The translations under genes were made by a program, and so were the position numbers. A stretch of DNA of 58,745 nucleotides, filler included. It is 3 parts of 3 records of this genome, joined end to end, with 100 filler letters (N's around TTAATTAATTAA, not from the genome) between each part and the next. Parts side by side here need not be neighbours in the genome. Positions count along the whole stretch, not along the records: positions 1 to 26,085 come from DRR723986_3458; 2 more parts are not named here. One strand, given 5' to 3'. A model generated the notes under the pieces. That model was not told the DNA's origin, did no database searches, and saw only the letters and a list, made by a program, of their open reading frames with translations. Below are positions 8,940-17,846 of this stretch, piece after piece. How positions within the stretch are numbered: position 1 is the first letter of the stretch; each line of letters opens with the position of its first letter.

Positions 8940-9230
8940 TTAATCGGAAATAGCTGCTCCAAGAAAGGAGGCGAAGGATGGAACTACGTCAAGTTTTGGC
9001 GGATAAATTCCTTCGAGGAAAACGGATGCACCGAACTTGTCTTTACCAACATCACGCAAAGTACGGAGCTTCCTGGCACGTTCCTTAATGAACAGCCGGT
9101 CTCTTTCGACCAACTCAAAAACCTGGATCCTCTCTTGGTTCTCGACAGCCGAAGGTAACACGTCATTGAGATCGCCAAAGAACTCACCGTCCTGGTCTTT
9201 GCCCGTAGACGCCTTACGTTTCTCGCTCAC
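8940..9230 (-). CDS. Hypothetical protein
   Basis: GTG start overlapping the exonuclease stop (GTGA). No recognisable motif. Confidence 0.4.
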   Translation of the reverse strand: MSEKRKASTGKDQDGEFFGDLNDVLPSAVENQERIQVFELVERDRLFIKERARKLRTLRDVGKDKFGASVFLEGIYPPKLDVVPSFASFLGAAISD

Positions 9231-9859
9231 TTCCCAATTCCCGCTCTCCACGCATAAGCCAAATTGGCGGCATCCGCGCCAGCACGGTGCAAGGTGGGCC
9301 GGTTTTGCATGTTGCGATAGACTCGGTGAAGATGCCCAGGCGCCATGCAGCCTTCACTTGAAAATGCGGCCCATACCGCTCCGTCAAAGTCAGCGATCCC
9401 CGGGCCAGGGTCGTCGAGTAGACGATTCAGCCAGCGCTGATCGAATCCCGGCGCATCTGAAAACAATGGCCGGCCTCCAACTGTTTCCAACAGCCATTTG
9501 GCCACACCGTCCGGCGGTGACGCATCATCAAGCTCAGATCTCTGAATGCCGTGCACGTCCTGGCTTTCCGCGTTCCAGTCACTTTCCAGCCAATCTGGCC
9601 TTGCCTGAATGAGCTTGCTTTCAACGACAACTTTCGTCCCGTCAAGCCACGCCACCCCGACTTCAATCGGCCAGCTATCTTGGCTCAACGAGGACGCCTC
9701 AAAATCGATAAAGACCGGCCCGCCTACACTCACTATCTCGCCGTTTTCATCGAGGCCGACTCCAAGGCCAAGCGCGCGGCGTCGTGCAAAGAATAACTCT
9801 TCGTTTGGGCCAGGCTCTCCCAATATTTTGGCAATCTCGTTGAGTTCTTCGTTGTCCAT
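9227..9859 (-). CDS. DEDDh 3'-5' exonuclease family protein
   Basis: Exo I FIDFEASSL, Exo II SDAPGFD and Exo III HRAGADA motifs. Confidence 0.8.
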   Translation of the reverse strand: MDNEELNEIAKILGEPGPNEELFFARRRALGLGVGLDENGEIVSVGGPVFIDFEASSLSQDSWPIEVGVAWLDGTKVVVESKLIQARPDWLESDWNAESQDVHGIQRSELDDASPPDGVAKWLLETVGGRPLFSDAPGFDQRWLNRLLDDPGPGIADFDGAVWAAFSSEGCMAPGHLHRVYRNMQNRPTLHRAGADAANLAYAWRAGIGK

Positions 9860-9946
9860 CGTTCTCACCGTCGAAGTTGTTCGCTCTTACCGCTCCTGAG
9901 GTTGTATGTTCGTACGGATTTGGTAGGCTGGCCAGGTATTTATTAG

Positions 9947-12412
9947 ATGGTTAGTATGAAAAAAACTTCACTTTCTGAACGGGACATATGCAGCAAGTTC
10001 ATTATGCCGGCGCTCATTTCTTCCGGGTGGGACTTGAATACTCAAATTTCTGAAGAAAAAACGATCTTAACGCCCGGGCGAATTATCGTACGTGGGAAAA
10101 TGGTGGCACGTGGGCAGAAGAAGCGCGCAGATTACGTGCTCTACCAAAAGCCGAATGTACCAATTGCTGTTATTGAGGCAAAGGACAACAAACACAGCAT
10201 CGGTGATGGGATGCAACAAGCCCTGACCTATGCAGACATGTTGCGTATACCCTTTGCGTTTTCATCGAACGGGGATGGTTTTCTATTCCACGACCGAACT
10301 GCTCAATCAGCACCAATGGAACAACAGATTGAGCTTGAAGACTTCCCGTCCCCGGAAGAACTCGTAGAAAAATACACAGCTTGGAAGGGGTTGTCCGACA
10401 CCCAGGCCAAAGCTGCGTTCCACCCCTATTTCGACGACGGGAAAACACCCCGATACTACCAGATGAACGCGATTAACGCGTCCTTGGAGGCCATTGCGAA
10501 AGACCAGCAACGACTGCTGCTGGTCATGGCTACGGGTACTGGCAAAACCCTTACTGCCTTCCAAATCATTTGGCGGCTTTGGAAGTCCGGAACCAAAAAA
10601 CGCGTCCTGTTCCTTGCTGATCGGTATATTTTGATTGACCAAACCATGGTCAATGACTTTCGGCCCTTCATTGGGGATATGGCCAAGCTTTCAGCGCGAT
10701 CCAAAACCATCGAACGCGCGGACGGAAGTAAAGAAGAACTCACGCTGGCCGTTGACAAAAAGAGACGCATTAACACGGCGTACCAAATTTACCTTGGCCT
10801 TTATCAGGCACTTACAGGCCCCAAAGAAAGCCAGAAGATCCACAAGGAACTGTCACCCGATTTTTTTGACCTCATCATCATTGACGAGTGTCACAGAGGC
10901 AGTGCATCCGAGGATTCGGCCTGGCGTGAAATACTTGAGCATTTTTCCAGTGCGACCCACATTGGTATGACCGCGACACCGAAAGAAACTGAATACGCTT
11001 CAAACATCGAATACTTCGGAGATCCGGTATACTCTTATACGCTGCGAGAGGGGATCGCTGATGGCTTTCTCGCGCCTTACAAAGTCATCAAATCTCACAT
11101 CGACAGGGATGTGGAAGGGTACAGGCCGGAAGACGGCCAACTTGATCGTGATGGTGTTGAAGTCGAGGATAGGATCTACAATACAAAAGATTTTGACAGG
11201 GTTCTTGTCCTTGATGATCGCACCAAGCTGGTCGCAAAACGAGTCACACAGTTTTTGAAAGAAAGCGGAGACAGGATGCAGAAAACGATTGTTTTCTGCG
11301 TTGACGAAGAACATGCGGCCCGAATGCGGCAGGCTCTTGTCAATGAGAACCAGGATCTTGTTGCCAAAAACTCGAGATATGTCATGCGGATTACCGGCAG
11401 TGACAAAGAAGGCATCAATCAGCTTGCGAACTTCATCGATCCTGAGGCGCCCTATCCGGTCGTGGTCACTACATCACGCTTGCTGAGTACAGGCGTTGAT
11501 GCTCAAACATGTCGTTTGATCGCGCTTGATCGGCAAATAGGGTCGATGACGGAATTCAAGCAGATTGTCGGTCGTGGAACACGAGTCCATGCTGACACTG
11601 GTAAATTCTATTTCACACTAATGGATTACCGCGGGGCCACCAACCACTTTGCTGACCCGGAATTCGATGGGGATCCAGTGCAAATCTACAAGCCCTCTGG
11701 CGACGCTCCTATGGTCCCGCCAGACGACGCGGATACACCTCTGCCCGGAGAAAACGAAGACGGAGATGCTCAGGATGGAGCAGGCATCGAAATACTAATT
11801 GATGATGGCGTGACCAATGCAGATGAAAACTCAGACGAAGGTCCAAAACGGAAAATCTATGTTGATGGCGTTGGAGCGACAATTCTAAAAGAACGGGTTG
11901 AATACCTTGATGCGGAGGGAAAACTCATCACAGAGAGCTTGCGTGACTTTACTCGCAAGCACCTCATGCGCCGCTATGCATCGATGGATGATTTTCTGCG
12001 GCGTTGGAATTCGGAAGACCGCAAAAAGGCAATCATCGAGGAACTTGCGGAAGAAGGTCTGGATTTAAACCTGACTGGGGATGAGTTGGGGGACAATCTC
12101 GATCCATTTGATCTCGTTTGTCATGTTGCTTTTGGTGCTAAACCTCTCACCAGAAAAGAGCGGGCAGACAGAGTTAAAAAGAAGGACGTTTTCAATCGTT
12201 ACGGTGAACAAGCGCGTGCTGTATTGGACGCGCTGCTCGAGAAGTATGCCGACGAGGGCGTTTTTGACCTTGATGACACCAAGATCCTGCAAATCACCCC
12301 GTTCTCAAACATGGGGACACCGATTGAACTCATGAAGGTTTTTGGCAAGAAGCCTGACTATCTGCGAGCAGTTCAAGACTTGCAAAACGCTCTATACGAT
12401 GTAACCGCCTGA
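9947..12412 (+). CDS. hsdR: Type I restriction enzyme R subunit (EcoAI/EcoEI-like, type IB)
   Basis: ADYVL..IAVIEAK nuclease motif, MATGTGKT Walker A, DECH box, QIVGRGTR motif VI and an EcoEI-type C-terminus. Confidence 0.96.
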   Translation: MVSMKKTSLSERDICSKFIMPALISSGWDLNTQISEEKTILTPGRIIVRGKMVARGQKKRADYVLYQKPNVPIAVIEAKDNKHSIGDGMQQALTYADMLRIPFAFSSNGDGFLFHDRTAQSAPMEQQIELEDFPSPEELVEKYTAWKGLSDTQAKAAFHPYFDDGKTPRYYQMNAINASLEAIAKDQQRLLLVMATGTGKTLTAFQIIWRLWKSGTKKRVLFLADRYILIDQTMVNDFRPFIGDMAKLSARSKTIERADGSKEELTLAVDKKRRINTAYQIYLGLYQALTGPKESQKIHKELSPDFFDLIIIDECHRGSASEDSAWREILEHFSSATHIGMTATPKETEYASNIEYFGDPVYSYTLREGIADGFLAPYKVIKSHIDRDVEGYRPEDGQLDRDGVEVEDRIYNTKDFDRVLVLDDRTKLVAKRVTQFLKESGDRMQKTIVFCVDEEHAARMRQALVNENQDLVAKNSRYVMRITGSDKEGINQLANFIDPEAPYPVVVTTSRLLSTGVDAQTCRLIALDRQIGSMTEFKQIVGRGTRVHADTGKFYFTLMDYRGATNHFADPEFDGDPVQIYKPSGDAPMVPPDDADTPLPGENEDGDAQDGAGIEILIDDGVTNADENSDEGPKRKIYVDGVGATILKERVEYLDAEGKLITESLRDFTRKHLMRRYASMDDFLRRWNSEDRKKAIIEELAEEGLDLNLTGDELGDNLDPFDLVCHVAFGAKPLTRKERADRVKKKDVFNRYGEQARAVLDALLEKYADEGVFDLDDTKILQITPFSNMGTPIELMKVFGKKPDYLRAVQDLQNALYDVTA

Positions 12413-13260
12413 TGAAGACTATTGGAAGCTCGGAACTGTTTCAAATTCCAAAGGATGGTAGCGTTCCTGTCTCGCCGACATGCAAAGAAATTAGAAAGTC
12501 GGAGGCAGTCCAGGTAAAAAACTATTTGGATCTCGCCGACAAAATCGCTGAGGTTCAATATCTCAACCCCGAATACGTGTTGGTTTTTCGAGGCCAATCC
12601 AAGGACTACAAAGATAGATATGGCGCATCATCTATCCCGCCGGGCATTTTTCGGGGCGAGGATTTACAAGCCAGAAGTCACATTTTGGCTCCGCGATTTG
12701 ACAGGCTCCGGAGAGCTGAACAGGCACTGATTGAGCACTGGCAGCTGGCTCCGATCGACGGCAACATCAAAATCAAAAAGTACAGAATACTGCGTTGGTC
12801 TATTTTGCAGCACTACGAGATCTGCGAACCCCCTTTGCTTGATGTCACTTACTCTCTGCGTGTTGCCGCGTCCTTCGCTTCCTTAAGTAGCGGAAAACAC
12901 GGGTTCGTTTTTGCTTTGGGGGTACCACACATATCTGGAACGATAACGACAGATATGGAAGCTGGCCTCCAGACAGTACGCCTTGCAAGTGTATGCCCTC
13001 CGCAAGCCCGTCGGCCTCATATTCAAGAGGGGTACTTATTGGGAGAATACCCCGACATCAGCGTTTTCGCTGAGAAGCAAAACTACTCTTCCTTCGAAGT
13101 CGACTTCGGACGCAGGCTGCTCGCCAAGTTCCAGTTCGACAAGGAGACATTTTGGAGCCGCAATACGTTTCCAAAGATTTCTCGGAAGGCGCTCTACCCA
13201 GATGGGGAAGATCCCTTTATGGATGTGGCCAATCAAATCAAAGCCGAGTTGGATGGATAG
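12412..13260 (+). CDS. FRG domain protein
   Basis: VFRGQ, LQHYEICEPPLLDVTYSLRVAASFA and R..IQEG motifs. TGATG overlap with hsdR. Confidence 0.88.
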   Translation: MKTIGSSELFQIPKDGSVPVSPTCKEIRKSEAVQVKNYLDLADKIAEVQYLNPEYVLVFRGQSKDYKDRYGASSIPPGIFRGEDLQARSHILAPRFDRLRRAEQALIEHWQLAPIDGNIKIKKYRILRWSILQHYEICEPPLLDVTYSLRVAASFASLSSGKHGFVFALGVPHISGTITTDMEAGLQTVRLASVCPPQARRPHIQEGYLLGEYPDISVFAEKQNYSSFEVDFGRRLLAKFQFDKETFWSRNTFPKISRKALYPDGEDPFMDVANQIKAELDG

Positions 13261-13263
13261 TCT

Positions 13264-14709
13264 ATGTCTATGAGAAACCTTGTAAAATCCATCCAAGACG
13301 TCATGCGCAAGGATGTGGGCGTAGATGGGGATGCCCAGCGGTTATCGCAGCTTGTCTGGATGTTCTTTCTTAAGATCATTGACGACCAGGATGAGGCGAT
13401 GGAATTTACACGGGATGAGTATACATCCCCAATCCCAGAACGCCTCCAGTGGCGGAATTGGGCTTCCGACCCTGAAGGGATCACTGGCGACGACCTCCTC
13501 AACTTCATCAATGGCGATCTGTTCCCGACCCTAAAGGAATTGCCTGCTAAGTCACCGCGGGCCAGGGTCGTCCGTTCAGTTTTTGAAGACGCCTACAACT
13601 ATATGAAATCCGGAACTCTTGTCCGGCAGATCGTAAACAAGATCAATGAAGTTGACTTCAACTCGCTCACCGAACGCCAGCATTTTGGCGACCTGTACGA
13701 GCAACTCCTGAATGACCTTCAGAATGCGGGCAATGCCGGCGAGTATTACACGCCTCGGGCGGTCACCTCATTCATGGTTCAGCAGCTTGACCCCAGACCA
13801 GGTCAAGTTCTCCTCGATCCGGCCTGCGGAACGGGTGGGTTCCTGACATGTGCAATGCGGCACATGCGTGAGAAATACGTGAAGCGGCCCGAGGATGAGG
13901 AGTTGATGCAAGCCTCTCTGCGAGCCGTTGAGAAGAAACCGCTGCCGCATATGCTGTGTACAACCAATATGCTGCTCCACAACATTGAGGAACCGGCTTG
14001 GGTCAAACATGACAACACTCTCGCGCGTCCCCTTACCAGCTGGACCAAAGACGAGCGCGTCGACATCATCCTCTCCAATCCGCCCTTCGGCGGTAAAGAA
14101 GAAGATGGCATTGAAAACAACTTCCCTCAGTTCAAAACCCGTGAAACTGCTGATCTTTTCCTCGCCCTGATCATCCGCTTGCTCAAGGCGAACGGCCGTG
14201 CAGCAGTAGTTCTTCCTGATGGCTCTCTTTTTGGCGAAGGCATCAAGACCAGGCTGAAGGAACACCTGCTGACCGAGTGCAATCTGCACACCATCGTACG
14301 TCTGCCAAACTCGGTCTTCAAACCCTACGCCTCCATTGGCACCAATCTGCTGTTCTTCGAAAAGGGTTCCCCAACCAAGGAGGTCTGGTACTGGGAGCAT
14401 CGTGTGCCAGAAACCCAGAAAGCCTATTCGATGACCAGGCCGATCCGGCTGGAACATTTGGACGATTGTGCCGCTTGGTGGGGCGGAGCAGAGCGTGAAG
14501 GCCGCGAGGAAAACGAACGCGCCTGGAAAATCTCGATTGATGAAATCAACGAGCGAGGCTTCAACCTCGACATCAAGAACCCGCACCAGGAAGAGGATGA
14601 CCACGGCGATCCGGAAGAGCTCTTGGTTGACCTGAAAGCAGCAGAGGCTTCGGTGGAAAGTTTGCGCGCCGAGCTGAAATCCATCCTGTCCGAGGCTCTT
14701 CTGCGATGA
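13264..14709 (+). CDS. hsdM: Type I R-M N6-adenine methyltransferase (M subunit)
   Basis: GEYYTPR, DPACGTGGFL (motif I) and NPPF (motif IV). Confidence 0.96.
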   Translation: MSMRNLVKSIQDVMRKDVGVDGDAQRLSQLVWMFFLKIIDDQDEAMEFTRDEYTSPIPERLQWRNWASDPEGITGDDLLNFINGDLFPTLKELPAKSPRARVVRSVFEDAYNYMKSGTLVRQIVNKINEVDFNSLTERQHFGDLYEQLLNDLQNAGNAGEYYTPRAVTSFMVQQLDPRPGQVLLDPACGTGGFLTCAMRHMREKYVKRPEDEELMQASLRAVEKKPLPHMLCTTNMLLHNIEEPAWVKHDNTLARPLTSWTKDERVDIILSNPPFGGKEEDGIENNFPQFKTRETADLFLALIIRLLKANGRAAVVLPDGSLFGEGIKTRLKEHLLTECNLHTIVRLPNSVFKPYASIGTNLLFFEKGSPTKEVWYWEHRVPETQKAYSMTRPIRLEHLDDCAAWWGGAEREGREENERAWKISIDEINERGFNLDIKNPHQEEDDHGDPEELLVDLKAAEASVESLRAELKSILSEALLR

Positions 14710-15785
14710 CTGAAATTTCCATCCCTGAAAGTGCTCTTGGGCAACTGCGGGCGGCAAAAGCCGCGATGGTCGATGATGCGCAAATCAAAGACATCCTTGA
14801 AGCCAAGGATGAAGTCCTGGCGCGTTATAGCCCTGCCTTCCAATCTGGTCGCATAGAGGCCATTGAAGAGGACGTGATCAGGTCCTTCTTGAGGTTTGAA
14901 AACAATCAGCATTGGACCGGGCTACACCGTCAGGTAAATCGCATTTGTGCCGATATGGGCAAAACGCGCTTGGCCCTCGGTGCCTTGGTAGATGAAGCCC
15001 GCCCAGTAGCGAACCGGATGCAACCGGTCACCGATATCAAAGGGATGGGAAAAGGGATCATCACGGCGATCCTGCACGTTGCCTACCCTGACAAATACGG
15101 GGTTTGGAACAACACCTCTCATGATGGCCTGGCTGAGATCGGCTTGCTTCCTCGTGCCCCGCGTGGATCAAGTTTCGGCGAACGCTATGCAGATGTGAAC
15201 GACGTCCTCGTAGCGCTTGCTGAAGCGCTTGAAGTGGACCTTTGGACACTCGACACCATTTGGTGGTACTTGGGCTCTGACGAGGAGGACGAGGTTGGCG
15301 AGCACCCGACGGGTTCTTCCGCTGAGGTCACGCCGACCGAAAGCCCTGTCAAGACAACCCGCTTTGCGCTGGAACGTCATCTACACGACTACATGTTCGA
15401 TAATTGGGACATGTTGGATCTGGCCCAGGATTGGGACATCTATACGCGAGATGGAGAGCCTGAGGCGGGGTATGAATTTCGCACTCCGATCGGGAGGATT
15501 GACCTCCTCGCTCGACACAAGCGCGAGCCGCGCTGGATGGTGATTGAACTCAAGCGCGAGAAGTCGTCTGACGCGGTTGTAGGTCAGGTGCTTCGCTACA
15601 TGGGCTGGGTCCAAAAACACTTAATTGAAGGTGAAGAGCGGGTGGAGGGCCTTGTTGTTGCCACGGAAGGCGACCCGCAGCTGCACTATGCGCTCGAGGT
15701 CGTACCATCCGTCTCTTTCAAATCCTATGAGGTTGAGTTTCGCCTCAAGGATGGTCCGACTTTCGAGGAGTTCGCCAAGCCATGA
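14706..15785 (+). CDS. Endonuclease NucS-like (PD-(D/E)XK, RecB-type) domain protein with helical N-terminal domain
   Basis: LERHL...GRIDLLA...VIELKR...VGQVLRYMGWV (D-ExK plus QxxxY). ATGA overlaps with both hsdM and hsdS. Confidence 0.85.
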   Translation: MTEISIPESALGQLRAAKAAMVDDAQIKDILEAKDEVLARYSPAFQSGRIEAIEEDVIRSFLRFENNQHWTGLHRQVNRICADMGKTRLALGALVDEARPVANRMQPVTDIKGMGKGIITAILHVAYPDKYGVWNNTSHDGLAEIGLLPRAPRGSSFGERYADVNDVLVALAEALEVDLWTLDTIWWYLGSDEEDEVGEHPTGSSAEVTPTESPVKTTRFALERHLHDYMFDNWDMLDLAQDWDIYTRDGEPEAGYEFRTPIGRIDLLARHKREPRWMVIELKREKSSDAVVGQVLRYMGWVQKHLIEGEERVEGLVVATEGDPQLHYALEVVPSVSFKSYEVEFRLKDGPTFEEFAKP

Positions 15786-15847
15786 ACGCAGAACGCCTCC
15801 TCGAAGTTTATTAACAGATCAGCGAAGCGCCTGACGCTGTTGCTCAG

Positions 15848-17485
15848 TTGCGTAGGTTTGTGTTGGATCTCGCGGTTCGTGGGAAGCTGGTGGAGCCGGA
15901 TGCCGCAGAGGAACCGACACGGCAACTGCTCCAGCGCATGGAAACCATCCGAAGTGACTTGGAAAAGTCTAAAACCATCAAGAAAGTCAAACTTTCCCAC
16001 TCGGCCCAACCTCAATCCTCAATTCCTGATCGCTGGGTCTGGACCCAACTCGGGCGCGTAGGAGACTGGGGTGCTGGCTCAACACCCCAGCGGGGAAACG
16101 CTGACTTCTATGGTGGTGAACTCACGTGGCTCAAATCTGGGGAACTGGGCGACAGCCTGTCTTTGAGGGGCTCTGAAGAAACTGTAACCCAGCTCGCTTT
16201 GGCTAAATGTTCCTTCCGAAGAAACCATCCCGGCGATGTTCTAATTGCGATGTATGGCGCGACGATCGGCAAACTGGCAATTCTCGCAGAAGAAGCAGTG
16301 ACAAACCAAGCCGTCTGCGGCTGTACTCCATTTGAGGGTCTCTTTAACCGCTATCTATTCCTCTTTCTCTTAGCCAATCGGGCAAGCTTTCAAGAGGCAA
16401 GCGAAGGGGGAGCACAGCCGAATATATCCAAGGTGAAGATTGTGAATACAAGCTTCCCGCTTCCACCTCTCACCGAGCAGCATCGTATCGTTTCCAGAGT
16501 TGATGAGCTCATGGGGCTGTGTGATCGGCTGGAGGAGGCCCGCAAGACCCGCGAGGAGACGCGTGACAAGCTCACCGCCGCCAGCCTCGCCCGCCTGACA
16601 GCACCCGAGACCTCATCTGAGGAATTCCCCGCCCACGCCCAATTCGCCCTCGACGCGCTGTCATCCCTCACATCCCGCCCCGACCAGATCAAGACCCTTC
16701 GCCAAACCATCCTCAACCTCGCTGTCCGTGGGAAGCTGGTGAAACAAGACCCGGCGGAAGGTAATGGTTCCGAACTAATGGCAACGATTTCTTCCAATCT
16801 CAATCTTCGAAAATCTGCACGCGCGGAAAGCAACTTGATTGACTTCGCCACTCCTAAGGGCTGGGACCTTCAATGTTTGGATGCGATTATCCAAGATGGC
16901 CCGAAAAACGGGGTCTCCCCCATCAAGACGGAGAACCAAACTGCTCCCAAGGCAATTACGCTCACTGCGACGACCAGTGGTCAATTCGATGGACGACATT
17001 TCAAGAGGGTCGACGTTTCCATGGAAGCGGCTGAGCCATTTTGGCTCCAACCCAATGATCTTTTGTTTCAACGCGGAAACACGCCCGAATATGTCGGCAT
17101 GGCCGCGATCTACGACGGACCGGAGAAGGAGTTTATCTATCCCGACCTTATTATGCGCGTCCGCATTGCCTTGGAAATGAACCTACGTTTTGTCCACTTG
17201 TGGTGCATATCTCCCGTGGCCCGGAACTATCTGATGGCCAATGCAACTGGCGCGCAAAAAACGATGCCGAAGATCAATCAGGGCGTCCTGAAGGCGCTTC
17301 CCATCATGGTTCCACCCCTCGCCGAACAGCACCGCATCGTGGCCAAGGTCGACGCCCTCATGGCCCTCTGCGACAGGCTGGAAGCGAGCCTGTCCACTGC
17401 CGACACCACTCGAACCAGCCTCCTCGAAGCGCTCTTGCACGAAGCACTGGAACCGGGCTCAGATACTTTGAAGGCTGCTGAATGA
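15848..17485 (+). CDS. hsdS: Type I R-M specificity subunit; natural start at 15782 is interrupted by TAA at codon 11
   Basis: Two TRDs with repeated conserved regions LAVRGKLV and PPL.EQHRIV. ATG 15782 reads MNAERLLEVY*QISEAPDAVAQLRRFVLDLAVRGKL (stop 15812-15814). Confidence 0.92.
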   Translation: MRRFVLDLAVRGKLVEPDAAEEPTRQLLQRMETIRSDLEKSKTIKKVKLSHSAQPQSSIPDRWVWTQLGRVGDWGAGSTPQRGNADFYGGELTWLKSGELGDSLSLRGSEETVTQLALAKCSFRRNHPGDVLIAMYGATIGKLAILAEEAVTNQAVCGCTPFEGLFNRYLFLFLLANRASFQEASEGGAQPNISKVKIVNTSFPLPPLTEQHRIVSRVDELMGLCDRLEEARKTREETRDKLTAASLARLTAPETSSEEFPAHAQFALDALSSLTSRPDQIKTLRQTILNLAVRGKLVKQDPAEGNGSELMATISSNLNLRKSARAESNLIDFATPKGWDLQCLDAIIQDGPKNGVSPIKTENQTAPKAITLTATTSGQFDGRHFKRVDVSMEAAEPFWLQPNDLLFQRGNTPEYVGMAAIYDGPEKEFIYPDLIMRVRIALEMNLRFVHLWCISPVARNYLMANATGAQKTMPKINQGVLKALPIMVPPLAEQHRIVAKVDALMALCDRLEASLSTADTTRTSLLEALLHEALEPGSDTLKAAE

Positions 17486-17832
17486 CTTTTCGCGTCCTGG
17501 ATGCATTACCCGTTCTTGTCCGAGCGTATGGCGAAACCGTGAACAAGGTTCCCTCCGGAATTCGGAAAGGGCTCGAAAACCAGAAGGTGATGGGCTTCCA
17601 CGCTGGTGACAAAGTTCTGGCCTTGGATGTTTACCCAGCCAATTTGAGCACTGTACTGCTTTGGCTTGAGCCACCGGCCCCCATCAGTGGTCCGGGTATT
17701 TCTATTTTGAGCGGTAAGAAGTGTGACGACCTTGAACGAAAGGAACTCAGGGCTCTTGCCGGTGGACGCGGTGTTTATGTCAAAATCACATCTCGGGAAG
17801 CCCTCAACAACTTAATTGCTTGGTATAAATAG
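17482..17832 (+). CDS. Hypothetical protein (116 aa), coupled to hsdS
   Basis: ATGA overlap with the hsdS stop. Confidence 0.7.
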   Translation: MTFRVLDALPVLVRAYGETVNKVPSGIRKGLENQKVMGFHAGDKVLALDVYPANLSTVLLWLEPPAPISGPGISILSGKKCDDLERKELRALAGGRGVYVKITSREALNNLIAWYK

Positions 17833-17846
17833 GTATTCAATTTCAA

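Noticed and set aside
13768-14757. 329-aa minus-strand ORF
   Set aside because: Antisense shadow of hsdM with no motifs.
15848-17485. Phase-variable hsdS shufflon
   Set aside because: The internal repeats are the normal direct-orientation conserved regions of HsdS. No silent hsdS cassettes, inverted repeats or simple-sequence tracts were seen.
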